Source: a virus
Lineage: Duplodnaviria; Caudoviricetes
DNA: 41,627 bases
Strand: one strand, 5' to 3'
Virus record (IMG/VR): IMGVR_UViG_3300032212_000046
Coordinates: 1 to 41,627 of that record
This document shows positions 1 through 8,919 of this stretch, in pieces (the stretch's first letter is position 1; each line of letters begins with the position of its first letter). The translations under genes and the position numbers were made by a program. The notes below the pieces were generated by a model, which worked only from the letters and a program-made list of their open reading frames with translations, ran no database searches and was not told the origin of the DNA.

Positions 1-98
1 AGTTATATAACAAAAAGGATGATGCTAGCGGTGCAGCTTATAGATTAGCATTTGATATGCTTGAATCAAAAATGGATGATGATGATTTTGATCAATTT
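1..98. repeat. 98-bp direct terminal repeat, copy 1 (circular contig overlap)
   Basis: Bases 1-98 are identical to 41530-41627; an ORF starting at 41487 reads through the junction. Confidence 0.95.
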
Positions 99-115
99 TT
101 AGACGCATATAACAT

Positions 116-256
116 ATGACAGCTAAATCAGAAGCACAAAGACAAAAAACCAGCAGACAGCGAAAGCTAGACGCTGGCTTGGTTCGCAAAGAATACTGGG
201 CGACTCCAGAAAATCACGAATTACTTAGAGCGAGGTTAAAAGAATTAAATGAATAA
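116..256 (+). CDS. small putative DNA-binding protein (ribbon-helix-helix-like), 46 aa
   Basis: Manually translated MTAKSEAQRQKTSRQRKLDAGLVRKEYWATPENHELLRARLKELNE; ATGA overlap with the junction-spanning ORF; resembles small phage 'A..ERQ...R.R....GLVR.E.W' regulators. Confidence 0.5.
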   Translation: MTAKSEAQRQKTSRQRKLDAGLVRKEYWATPENHELLRARLKELNE

Positions 257-402
257 TGATGAATATCAAAAGCTAAGATTTGAGCTAATTGAACACCTCG
301 AAAAGATGAGCAGACGAATATCAAACAGTGATCATAGTTTCGGATTTAGATCTGCTATATTTAGTGCTGATGAGTTTTTAGCCAACAAAAATAAACAACA
401 CC

Positions 403-726
403 ATGAACGATGACAAGTTAAGCTTAAACGGTTGCGGCGGCGTGACAAGAAGAGCGACAAATAATGATATACTTAAAGAAAATGAGTGCGTTTTAAAAAG
501 CGTAGGATTTCGTTTTAAAGACAAAATATCAGGAGCTATGCAAGATTACATGGAGAACGCAAGTTATGATAATACAGAGTTTCTAGCAATCGCTGAAAAA
601 GCAGACAAGAAAATCGAAGACCTAGAAAACCACCTAAAACTATATCTAGACCTTTTAGCAACGAAAAAAGGAACTGATGCGGAATATATTAGCTGGCTTA
701 ACAAGGCGAAGGAATTATTAAAATGA
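403..726 (+). CDS. hypothetical protein
   Basis: 107-aa ORF, tightly packed with neighbours. Confidence 0.55.
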   Translation: MNDDKLSLNGCGGVTRRATNNDILKENECVLKSVGFRFKDKISGAMQDYMENASYDNTEFLAIAEKADKKIEDLENHLKLYLDLLATKKGTDAEYISWLNKAKELLK

Positions 727-901
727 GCTTTTCTTTTAAATCGGGTGATTATAAGTATTTGGCGAAAAAGTTAGACTTATTGAGAAAGATAAAAAATCAG
801 TTGATTGGTGTGTAGAGGGGCCAACTAACGTTGGCAAAATGTGGTGGTGTTCTGAATCAGAGCTAACACACACAAAACCTATGCTTAGCGGAGTGGTATA
901 A
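723..901 (+). pseudogene. frameshifted small gene (0 frame then -1 frame)
   Basis: The ATG at 723 opens only 30 codons; the -1 frame is open 755-901 and ends 2 nt before the next ATG; A5 run at 765-769. Confidence 0.4.
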
Positions 902-903
902 CA

Positions 904-1161
904 ATGAGTGAATTATCCGTAGATCTTATGGCAATGAAGAACAACAAGCCTACAATTTTTGAGCTTGAAGGTCATGATATTAAACCTTGCCCGTTTTGCG
1001 GATCTAGTGAAGTTTGCGTAATTGATAAGCCAAACGATTACGATATGTGCTGGTGCAGGTGTACCAGATGCGGCGTAGAGGGGCCATTTAGACCAGATAG
1101 AATTGGGGCTATAAAATTGTGGCAAAAGCGCCATCTAAAACAAGATAATACCGATGGCTGA
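904..1161 (+). CDS. Lar-family restriction alleviation protein (Zn finger)
   Basis: KPCPFCGS...C.RCGVEGP...AIKLWQKR signature. Confidence 0.8.
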   Translation: MSELSVDLMAMKNNKPTIFELEGHDIKPCPFCGSSEVCVIDKPNDYDMCWCRCTRCGVEGPFRPDRIGAIKLWQKRHLKQDNTDG

Positions 1162-1199
1162 AGCCACCAAAATAGCATTAACCAACAAAGGATAATAGA

Positions 1200-1406
1200 G
1201 TGGACACACTACCTAAAATAATATATTCAGAATTCAACTTTCGCAGGCATGCTAGAGGGTTAGACGCGGCAAGATTTGACATTGTTGACGAAGAGGGCGA
1301 AACCTACCGGCTTTGGATGAGTAAAAAAGACATAGAAGAAAATATAAAACTACATCCTCATTGCGCGGTGGTGCTGGTTAAGGGTCTTGGTTGGTATGAC
1401 AGTTAG
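1200..1406 (+). CDS. hypothetical protein
   Basis: GTG start with AAGGA SD; 68 aa. Confidence 0.6.
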   Translation: MDTLPKIIYSEFNFRRHARGLDAARFDIVDEEGETYRLWMSKKDIEENIKLHPHCAVVLVKGLGWYDS

Positions 1407-1469
1407 CAAATACATCTAATTATGATACAATACACATAACTAAACAACGGTTAATCAAATGACAACATC

Positions 1470-1631
1470 ATGTTTACAATCACCCGGACACATAAAGGGT
1501 GGGAAATCTCAAAAATCCATAGCACTGAAATCGTGCTATTTAAAGAGATTAAATCACTAACTGAAGCAGTTGCAATTGCAAAGGCGAATGGTTTGATATT
1601 GTCAGAAACTAACACAAAGAGAGCAGCATAA
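1470..1631 (+). CDS. hypothetical protein, 53 aa
   Basis: Manually translated MFTITRTHKGWEISK...KRAA; TAATG overlap with the next gene. Confidence 0.5.
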   Translation: MFTITRTHKGWEISKIHSTEIVLFKEIKSLTEAVAIAKANGLILSETNTKRAA

Positions 1632-1822
1632 TGTCTCCACCAAGCGGACAAGATCCAGACAAAGACACAACATCACAAGCGGTATTATCAGCAAACGCAA
1701 TGTATGACGAGTCAATCGCAATTCTAGACAAGATTGACGAACCGTCATTTACTGACAAGCAAAGCAGAATTGACTTTGTCAAAGACACGCTAAACGCTAT
1801 GAAACAGTTAATCAATGGCTGA
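1631..1822 (+). CDS. hypothetical protein
   Basis: 63-aa ORF coupled to both neighbours. Confidence 0.6.
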   Translation: MSPPSGQDPDKDTTSQAVLSANAMYDESIAILDKIDEPSFTDKQSRIDFVKDTLNAMKQLING

Positions 1823-2300
1823 TGGAATAATCATACTGTTTGCTTTGTATTTTTATTCTCAAGCAGGAATAGAATTTAAGAAGATAGCATTTACTGTATT
1901 GCTTTATTTTGTCGTAAGCGATGTTACATATCATTATTTCTTTCTTGAGTTCAGACTCCAAAATAAATGGCCTCTCTATCTAATGTATAACGTGATTAAC
2001 GTGACAATACTATTCAGATTGGATTACTTAAAATCTCACAATGCGATAAAAATGTTAATATCTCTTAATATTTTGTTAAATATTGTACAGGCGTTCTACT
2101 TCATAACGACAACAGACAGTCATTTTGTTTATAATATGTACAAATATATAGCCATACCAATTGCTATTCTTGCGTTAATTTATATGGGACTGTTAAGAGA
2201 TGGAGCTAAGTATTTGTCTATCAAGAGCTATAATAACGCTTATCTCGCTCGCGTGCTTTGCAATCGCAGGTTTCATTTTTTTCGCGGGGATCTGGTATGA
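1815..2300 (+). CDS. multi-pass membrane protein
   Basis: About five hydrophobic segments and a basic C-terminal tail; sits at the head of the lysis block. Confidence 0.7.
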   Translation: MADGIIILFALYFYSQAGIEFKKIAFTVLLYFVVSDVTYHYFFLEFRLQNKWPLYLMYNVINVTILFRLDYLKSHNAIKMLISLNILLNIVQAFYFITTTDSHFVYNMYKYIAIPIAILALIYMGLLRDGAKYLSIKSYNNAYLARVLCNRRFHFFRGDLV

Positions 2301-2701
2301 GCGGCGCAAGCAAAAAGAATCAGAGTACTCAAGATATATCGCAAAACTTCGCGAATATTCTTGCAGAAAGTCTAGCAAAAACAAACGAAGCATTACAAAG
2401 ACAAGCAGAGGGGAGCGCTCGAACTGATAAGGCTATAGAAAAACTTACGGTGACTGTTGAAGAGTTAGTTAAATCTCACATCGAAACAAAGAAAGATAGA
2501 GAATATGACGCTATCAGAATGGAGCGAATCGAGAAGAACCAAAAAGAACAAGGGTCTAAAATAGAGACAATCAATGACACAGTTCTACTACTAAACGAAA
2601 GAGTAGGAAACCAAAAAGACAGCTGGACTACTCTAAGCAAATGGGTGTTAGGTGTTCTGTCAATTATAATCACAGCTGTAATAACAGTTAATATCGTATG
2701 A
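2297..2701 (+). CDS. coiled-coil protein with C-terminal TM helix (XhlA/holin-like)
   Basis: ATGA-coupled start at 2297; heptad-rich body; hydrophobic C-terminus WVLGVLSIIITAVITVNIV. Confidence 0.6.
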   Translation: MSGASKKNQSTQDISQNFANILAESLAKTNEALQRQAEGSARTDKAIEKLTVTVEELVKSHIETKKDREYDAIRMERIEKNQKEQGSKIETINDTVLLLNERVGNQKDSWTTLSKWVLGVLSIIITAVITVNIV

Positions 2702-3024
2702 CAATAAGCGCTTAGCTAAAATAATGAGAGGTTTTTAATATGAAAGGTTCAACAGAAGAAACAACAGGTGCAGGCGTTAACTGTAACGGTCACGGTGATG
2801 GAATAGACCCGGACTGGGATATAATAGAAGGCGGAGGCGAAGGTTTAAAATGGTTGGATAAATTATGATTAAATGGCCGACTAGGTACTGAATGAAAAAT
2901 CTAGTGAAGTTATCAGATATAACAAAAAGCAACCCTATTGCAGTTATTTATTTGTGTTTAGCCCTAAAAGAAATTAGAGAAGCAAACAAGATTCTTGATG
3001 AAATTCATAGCAGGATTATTAACA

Positions 3025-3225
3025 ATGATTAAATGGTTAAAGAGCTTAATAAGATGGTTAAATGAACCAATCCCAAAGCATTACAAAATTACCTACCATG
3101 ATAACGGTGTTCATTTGTACGCGCCTAGGATAGAGTTAATCCCAGAGGAGCTTTTTAAAACGCCTGAATTTAAAAGACAGTTGCTAGCTTTAAAAAAACT
3201 AAAACAGCTTAAGGATTTAAAATGA
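3025..3225 (+). CDS. hypothetical protein
   Basis: Likely start MIKWLKSL; ATGA overlap with the next gene. Confidence 0.5.
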   Translation: MIKWLKSLIRWLNEPIPKHYKITYHDNGVHLYAPRIELIPEELFKTPEFKRQLLALKKLKQLKDLK

Positions 3226-3443
3226 ATTGGCTACAAAAAGAATGGCAAGCAATCAAGGCATCTAAAACTATCAAGATGTCCTATCTAAAAGTGATCGCTG
3301 GAATAGTTTCAGTGTTACTCGCGGTATCTGGTTATTTTGAAGGTTCAATTGACCCTATGTGGTTTGGCGTTGGTGTGACCATTCTAGGCATGGCTGATAA
3401 CAAGTTAAGAAAGCTGACTAGAAAACCTTTGGATGAGAAATAA
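3222..3443 (+). CDS. putative holin (two TM helices)
   Basis: 73 aa, two hydrophobic helices, charged C-terminus LRKLTRKPLDEK, directly upstream of the spanins. Confidence 0.65.
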   Translation: MNWLQKEWQAIKASKTIKMSYLKVIAGIVSVLLAVSGYFEGSIDPMWFGVGVTILGMADNKLRKLTRKPLDEK

Positions 3444-3697
3444 TGGGCTTTATATCAAAGATATTCTCAAGTGCTAAGAATTACTTAGTAGTTGCGTTAT
3501 CAGCAATAACAGGAATACTGTTTTTTTGGTTAAAGCTCAAGAATAGAGAAATAGAGCAGCTAGAAGAAGAGGTTGAACTGGCTCACAGGGAAAAAGTAAT
3601 TGATAACATGGTAGAAGTCGCTGAGACTCAAGCAGAAGCCCTTGAAGATGAAGAACTAAAAAACATCAATGAAAACGACTGGCGTAAACACATATGA
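3443..3697 (+). CDS. putative inner-membrane spanin (Rz-like)
   Basis: N-terminal TM followed by a coiled coil; precedes a lipoprotein gene. Confidence 0.65.
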   Translation: MGFISKIFSSAKNYLVVALSAITGILFFWLKLKNREIEQLEEEVELAHREKVIDNMVEVAETQAEALEDEELKNINENDWRKHI

Positions 3698-3936
3698 AGT
3701 ATTTAATATTGCTACTATTACTAACTGGATGCGGTCAAACCAAGTACCGAGTAATCCACAAGCCTTTAACTATACCATCTCAATGCAATTTCGATAAATT
3801 CACAGAAGAAGAAAAAGACTCTATGACTCAGGCTGTCGGCATGAAAATTTACACCAATCAAGAAGGGTGCAGAATAAGACAAAATAGGATTGAATACCTG
3901 ATTAAAACACATAACGAATCCCATAAAAATAACTAG
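3694..3936 (+). CDS. putative outer-membrane spanin lipoprotein (Rz1-like)
   Basis: Signal peptide II with lipobox MKYLILLLLLTG|C; two further Cys. Confidence 0.75.
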   Translation: MKYLILLLLLTGCGQTKYRVIHKPLTIPSQCNFDKFTEEEKDSMTQAVGMKIYTNQEGCRIRQNRIEYLIKTHNESHKNN

Positions 3937-4042
3937 CATAATAGAACAGAGTTTAGTATTATTGGTTTTCCTGCTCAGTGTGATTAAGTCGTATTGAGCA
4001 AAGAGATAGTTTTCCACTTCATTTTTCTATCTCTATAGCACT

Positions 4043-4064
4043 AAGCCCCTCACGGGGCTTTTTT
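4043..4064 (+). terminator. Rho-independent terminator after the lysis block
   Basis: AAGCCCC-TCAC-GGGGCTT followed by a T run. Confidence 0.8.
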
Positions 4065-4077
4065 ATGCCAAGGTTAA

Positions 4078-4106
4078 TTTACCTGATTTTCTATTTATGT
4101 TATAAT
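4078..4106 (+). promoter_or_regulatory. putative sigma70 promoter upstream of the packaging genes
   Basis: TTTACC-17 bp-TATAAT with an extended -10 TG. Confidence 0.55.
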
Positions 4107-4295
4107 TTAAGCCAATAGCAAGAAACGCTAGATCCTTAGATGAGGGGACAAATGTTTAAATTCATAAGCAAGTACTTCCAAAAGCAAACAAAGAGCTGTG
4201 GGGTAGAGTGCACCGAAAGCCAAAACACAGCAAACCTGATAAAAAAGACGCAGGGATGACCCTTGTTGTGACGAGTAGCGGGGGGGGCAGTGTAG

Positions 4296-4724
4296 ATGAC
4301 TAGAATGGGAAGACCTAAGCGCTATTCAAAAGATCTTGCAGATGAGATATGCTTTTTAATAGCTCAAGGAAACTCAATGAGAAAGGTTGCTGCTATGGAG
4401 AAGATGCCATGCGGACAAACTATATTTTCATGGTTTAGAGATTACCCAGACTTCTTAGAGCAATACACGCGTGCAAAAGAAGAGAGCGCCGACTCAGATC
4501 AAGACAAACTCGACGAAATAGCCGAAAAAGTACTTACTGGAGAATACGAACCACAACCGGCTAGAGTTGCTGCGGATATCATAAAATGGTCTGCTAGCAA
4601 GAAAAAACCTAAAAAATATGGAGATAGGCAACAAATAGAGCACTCTGGAAAGATAGGGCTATCTGATTTAACCGATAATGAGTTAGCGCAAAAGCTTGAA
4701 GATCTAGAAAATAATGAAGATTAA
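4296..4724 (+). CDS. terS: terminase small subunit (Sf6 gp1-like)
   Basis: MGRPKRYS...ADEICFLIAQGNSMR...MP...TIFSW...FLEQYTRAKE...KW.ASKKKPKKYGDR; upstream of terL. Confidence 0.9.
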   Translation: MTRMGRPKRYSKDLADEICFLIAQGNSMRKVAAMEKMPCGQTIFSWFRDYPDFLEQYTRAKEESADSDQDKLDEIAEKVLTGEYEPQPARVAADIIKWSASKKKPKKYGDRQQIEHSGKIGLSDLTDNELAQKLEDLENNED

Positions 4725-4825
4725 TAGTTGAAAACTATGATTAATCACCACAAGTGTCAAAATTTACGGGGTTTATACTTCAAAGTCTCAAATAAATATA
4801 GTTAAAGCCTATACCAAGATAGTAA

Positions 4826-6277
4826 ATGCCTAAACTAGACCGAAAAAAAACCATAGAAAAAATCCAAATCCTCGAAGAGCAAAAGCGAAGGGTTAAGTAC
4901 AATCAACTCAAGCTTTACAGTCCATACCAAAAGCAAATAGACTTTCATCATGCCTATGCTAGCGAAAGAATGCTCGGGGCTGGCAATCAAACTGGAAAAA
5001 CTTACTCAGGCGCAAGAGAGGCAGCATATCACGCAACAGGATTATATCCCGACTGGTGGGAGGGTGAGGTGTTTGATAAGCCTACGGTTGGATGGGTTGG
5101 AGGCGTGTCTGGCGAGGTCATTCGAGATACGACTCAAAAGCTATTAGTTGGCAGGATGCAGGATTTAGAATCAATAGGCTCGGAGGCAATACCGAAAGAC
5201 TGCATACTAGAAACCGTCAAAGCGTTAGGCGTTAAAGATCTGCTAGATCATGTTAAAGTCAAGCACGTATCCGGCGGTACAAGTTTGATATTCTTCAAAT
5301 CCTACGAAAAAGGAAGAGAGAAATTTCAAGGGGAGACTATCGACTGGGTTTGGCTTGACGAAGAACCTCCAGAGGATATTTATTCGGAGAGCTTAACAAG
5401 GACAAACAAGGGGCAGAATGGACAGTTTCTATTTATCACTTTCACTCCATTAAAGGGAATGACTACAGTCGCCTATGATTTTTATAGCGGACTAAAACCT
5501 CAAAAACATTTAACCAGGATGACCATCTACGATGTAGATCACTACACCGACGAAGAAAAAGAAAGCATTGTGGCAAGCTACACAGATCACGAGAGGGAGG
5601 CTAGATCTAAAGGTATACCAACTGTTGGCGAAGGTCGAACATTCCTAACCCCAGAAGACGAAATAAAGCACAATAAGCAGCCAATGGAGATGCCAAGATG
5701 GTGGGCGCATATAGCGGGACAAGATTTTGGCTATGGTCAATCAGACAAATCGCATCCAACGGCGCTAGTATTTATGGCTCATGATCGGGATTTAGATATT
5801 GTTTATATTTATGACGCGTTCTATGTGCGCAAGCCAACACCAATAAAAGTAGCTGGAGCAATAAGAGGAAGGCACGATTCTATCGACTGGATGCCTATTG
5901 CATGGCCTCATGATGCAATGAAAGCAAGTGGGGGGAATGAAAAAGGAACGGTTGCCGATTTGCATGCAGCTCAAGGTATGCAGATGCTAGAACACCACGC
6001 AACCTTTGAGGACGGTGGCAACAGCGTTGAAGCTGGCGTTATGGAGATGGATCAAAGAATGCAAGACGGAAGGCTTAAAGTAGCATCGCACCTTGACGAC
6101 TGGTTTGACGAGTACCGAATGTATCATCGAGAGAAAGGAAAAATAGTAAAACTAAGGGATGATTTAATGTCAGCTACAAGATATGCTATCATGTGTTTAA
6201 GATATGCAGATACCGAGCCTCGTGAAGAATACGAGGACTTTGACGAATACAGTGAAGTTGGAAGCGGCGGATACTAG
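4826..6277 (+). CDS. terL: terminase large subunit (P22 gp2-like, headful type)
   Basis: Walker A AGNQTGKT, FKSYEKGREKFQG, Walker B WLDEEPP, TFTP, nuclease GQDFG...HPTA and DDLMSATRYA. Confidence 0.95.
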   Translation: MPKLDRKKTIEKIQILEEQKRRVKYNQLKLYSPYQKQIDFHHAYASERMLGAGNQTGKTYSGAREAAYHATGLYPDWWEGEVFDKPTVGWVGGVSGEVIRDTTQKLLVGRMQDLESIGSEAIPKDCILETVKALGVKDLLDHVKVKHVSGGTSLIFFKSYEKGREKFQGETIDWVWLDEEPPEDIYSESLTRTNKGQNGQFLFITFTPLKGMTTVAYDFYSGLKPQKHLTRMTIYDVDHYTDEEKESIVASYTDHEREARSKGIPTVGEGRTFLTPEDEIKHNKQPMEMPRWWAHIAGQDFGYGQSDKSHPTALVFMAHDRDLDIVYIYDAFYVRKPTPIKVAGAIRGRHDSIDWMPIAWPHDAMKASGGNEKGTVADLHAAQGMQMLEHHATFEDGGNSVEAGVMEMDQRMQDGRLKVASHLDDWFDEYRMYHREKGKIVKLRDDLMSATRYAIMCLRYADTEPREEYEDFDEYSEVGSGGY

Positions 6278-8428
6278 ATGAATAACGATATAGAGATTTA
6301 TGACGAAGAAGAAAGTGGTGAAGCCCTGCAAGGGATAGCATTAATTCAGTCATTCTTCACCCTGGATGGTGGCGTATTTATAGCAAAGCCTAACATTGCA
6401 CCACTTATCGACGACGACGCCTTAAAGCTGGTTGGTCAGTCTGTTGTTGAGGGTTACAACACTGACTTGAACTCTATGTCAGAATGGGTTGAATATCTTG
6501 AGGCAGGAAGAGAGCTAGTAAAACAAGAAAACAAATCACGATCCACGCCCTGGGATGGCGCTAGTAACTTTAAATCCCCAACTATTACCATTGCCGGAAT
6601 AAAATTCAGTGACAGAGCATCTACCGAACTATTGAGACAGGATGATATCGTCAAAACCAAGGTAATAGGAAATGATGATGGAGGTAAAAAATCCGAAAGG
6701 GCTGATAGAGTAGCGATATATCAAAACTATCAAATCAATGAAGAAATGCCAGAATGGAGAGAGGAGCAGGGTAAAATGATATCACTCCTCCCGCTTGAAG
6801 GTGCTTGTTTTAAAAAGACTTACTACGACGCAACGGAAGGTAGGGCGGACTCAGTGGTTATCAGATACCCAAACTTTGCAGTCAATCAGGATACTACGTC
6901 AATTCAGAGAATGCGAAGATTTAGCGAGGTATTCGACAGGTCAAAGGATGAAGTGTTATCAATGCAGAGGCAGGGTGTTTGGGTTGATCTGAATGAAGAT
7001 GAGTCCGAAACGGGGCTATCTGTCGAAGATTCAACGGGCGTAGAAAACCAAACTCAGGACGATAAGTACTCTCAATTCATCGAGCAGCAAGGGTTTTATG
7101 ATTTAGACGGTGACGGATATCAAGAGCCATACACTTTTGTTGTGCACAGAGAGACCGCGCAAGTTATGAGGATTATTCCAAGGTTTGACCCAGAAAATGT
7201 GTTTATAAAAATGGGTGGGCAGAGGTTCGCAGTTAGACTTTCTGATGAATTTTTAGCAAACCATGAAAACTCAAAGCTGATGAGAATCAAGCCAGAAAAC
7301 AATATAACAAAATACGGCTTTATCAGAGATCCGCAAGGTAAATTTTTGGATGTTGGGTTTTATTCTTTGCTCGGAGCTATCACATCAAGCATTAACTCGA
7401 CCACCAATCAGTTGGTTGATAGCGGTACTTTGAATAATATTGCTGGTTCTACCGGGTGGCTCGCTAAGGGGTTCAGAAATAAAATGGGTTCAACCAAGTT
7501 CAAGCTTGGGCAGTTCAAAGAAACTTTGCTGAGCGCTGAACAAATGCGTAACGGCATCATGACCCTGCCGGTTGGCAGTCCTTCACCGGTACTTTTCAAT
7601 TTAATGCAGATGTTAATCGCTAGCTCGCAGGAATTGTCGGCTAGCGCTGACCTTTCTACATCATTGGGAGCAAATGCGCCAGCAACCACAACGTTAGCGC
7701 TAGTTCAAGAACAGCAGCAGTTTTCAGGCGCAATCATTCTAAGAATGTACGGCTCTATGAGTGAGGAATTCAAGAAGTTATTTGTATTAAACTCCAAGTA
7801 TGCCGATCCAGAACACTATCGTGAGGTGGTGGACGATGAAAACGCAAACTTTGAAGAGGATTTTGACCTTAAGCAAATGAATGTAGTCCCAACGGCCAAC
7901 CCAGAAATATCTAGCAAGATACAACGAATTCAACTAGCAGAGGTTGAAATGAGCAGGTTAGATGCCATTATAGGCGTTGGTGGAGATCCTAGACCAGTGG
8001 TAAGGAACTTTTTGGAGATGATTGGCTCGGTTAATATACAAGAAATATTCCCCGAATTAGATCCGATGCAAAGGTTACAAGATTTAGTATCTAAAAACCC
8101 AGAGCTGGCAGAGGTTATATCTCAAGAGCAGCAAAGAGCGCAAATGTTGATGGCGGCAGAGCAGCAAGCCATACAAGAGGACAGATCAATGCAAGCAGCT
8201 TTAACAGCCTCAAAACTGGACAAAGAAGCGTCTGAGATAGAGAAAAACAAAGCATCCACTAAGAAAATATTGGAAGAAGCAGAAACAGAGAACACCAAGA
8301 ACTTATCAAACATTTACACCACGGCGGGGCAACTCGACAAACAATCATTAGAGAATGAGGCACTAAATGAACAACGAAGATTATCAAGATTGGAAGAACC
8401 ACCCAATAACCAAGATCGTATTAACTAA
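6278..8428 (+). CDS. portal protein
   Basis: 716 aa directly after terL; PWDGASN, G..FKKTYYD, NQLVDSGTL, PATTTLAL..Q motifs; helical C-terminal barrel-like tail. Confidence 0.9.
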   Translation: MNNDIEIYDEEESGEALQGIALIQSFFTLDGGVFIAKPNIAPLIDDDALKLVGQSVVEGYNTDLNSMSEWVEYLEAGRELVKQENKSRSTPWDGASNFKSPTITIAGIKFSDRASTELLRQDDIVKTKVIGNDDGGKKSERADRVAIYQNYQINEEMPEWREEQGKMISLLPLEGACFKKTYYDATEGRADSVVIRYPNFAVNQDTTSIQRMRRFSEVFDRSKDEVLSMQRQGVWVDLNEDESETGLSVEDSTGVENQTQDDKYSQFIEQQGFYDLDGDGYQEPYTFVVHRETAQVMRIIPRFDPENVFIKMGGQRFAVRLSDEFLANHENSKLMRIKPENNITKYGFIRDPQGKFLDVGFYSLLGAITSSINSTTNQLVDSGTLNNIAGSTGWLAKGFRNKMGSTKFKLGQFKETLLSAEQMRNGIMTLPVGSPSPVLFNLMQMLIASSQELSASADLSTSLGANAPATTTLALVQEQQQFSGAIILRMYGSMSEEFKKLFVLNSKYADPEHYREVVDDENANFEEDFDLKQMNVVPTANPEISSKIQRIQLAEVEMSRLDAIIGVGGDPRPVVRNFLEMIGSVNIQEIFPELDPMQRLQDLVSKNPELAEVISQEQQRAQMLMAAEQQAIQEDRSMQAALTASKLDKEASEIEKNKASTKKILEEAETENTKNLSNIYTTAGQLDKQSLENEALNEQRRLSRLEEPPNNQDRIN

Positions 8429-8597
8429 CATAGACGCAGCGTTAGAAGACGTTCGCAAAAGAAGCCCACTTAAAGAAACTCTAGACCAGACCGCGATGCA
8501 AGCATCTTATGATGAAGGTTTTTGCGAGGGTGTATCAGTATTTATTCAATGGATTGAGATTAAAGAATTAAATATGGAGAGTGAGAATGAAGATTAA
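8367..8597 (+). CDS. hypothetical head-module protein
   Basis: GAGG SD; W..HPITK motif; lies between portal and GroES. Confidence 0.65.
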   Translation: MNNEDYQDWKNHPITKIVLTNIDAALEDVRKRSPLKETLDQTAMQASYDEGFCEGVSVFIQWIEIKELNMESENED

Positions 8598-8919
8598 ACC
8601 TTGCGGGTATTATGTGCTAGTTGAAGTTGAGCCAATGGAAACCCATCACAAAGACTCAATCATAGAAATGGTTCAGAATGAAGCAAGTAGGGAGCACGGA
8701 GGGCGTGAGGTTGGTGTTATCGTCTCTTTCGGCAACACTTGCTTTAAAGGATTTGAAGGATGCAGCAGTCCTTCAGATTGGGGATGCAAGGTTGGTGATA
8801 AGGTTGAGTTTAACCGGTACGACGGAAAGAAACCAGCTCAAGCCGAAAATGACGAAAGTCTAGACAATTTTAGATTGATTAATGATAGTGACATTATAGC
8901 AGTGCTGGAGGATAAGTAA
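8587..8919 (+). CDS. groES: GroES/Cpn10-like co-chaperonin
   Basis: MKIKPCGYYVLVE...GVIVSFG...KVGDKVEFNRYDG...LINDSDIIAVLE follows the GroES pattern. Confidence 0.85.
   Translation: MKIKPCGYYVLVEVEPMETHHKDSIIEMVQNEASREHGGREVGVIVSFGNTCFKGFEGCSSPSDWGCKVGDKVEFNRYDGKKPAQAENDESLDNFRLINDSDIIAVLEDK

Noticed and set aside
1-98. Terminal repeat as a physical direct terminal repeat of the virion DNA
   Set aside because: It cuts through an ORF and the terminase is P22-type (headful, permuted); an assembler overlap on a circular contig is more likely.
420-505. Degenerate attC-like inverted element (CTTAAACG...CGTTTTAA)
   Set aside because: Pairing is weak, it lies inside an ORF, and I found no clear second copy.
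4043-4064. Type I-C CRISPR-repeat-like hairpin (solitary repeat RNA anti-CRISPR)
   Set aside because: Lacks the GTCGC and ATTGAAAC flanks and has a T tail; a terminator explains it.
4280-4287. G8 run upstream of terS as a phase-variation or pac signal
   Set aside because: It sits at SD distance from the terS ATG and nothing else supports a special role.
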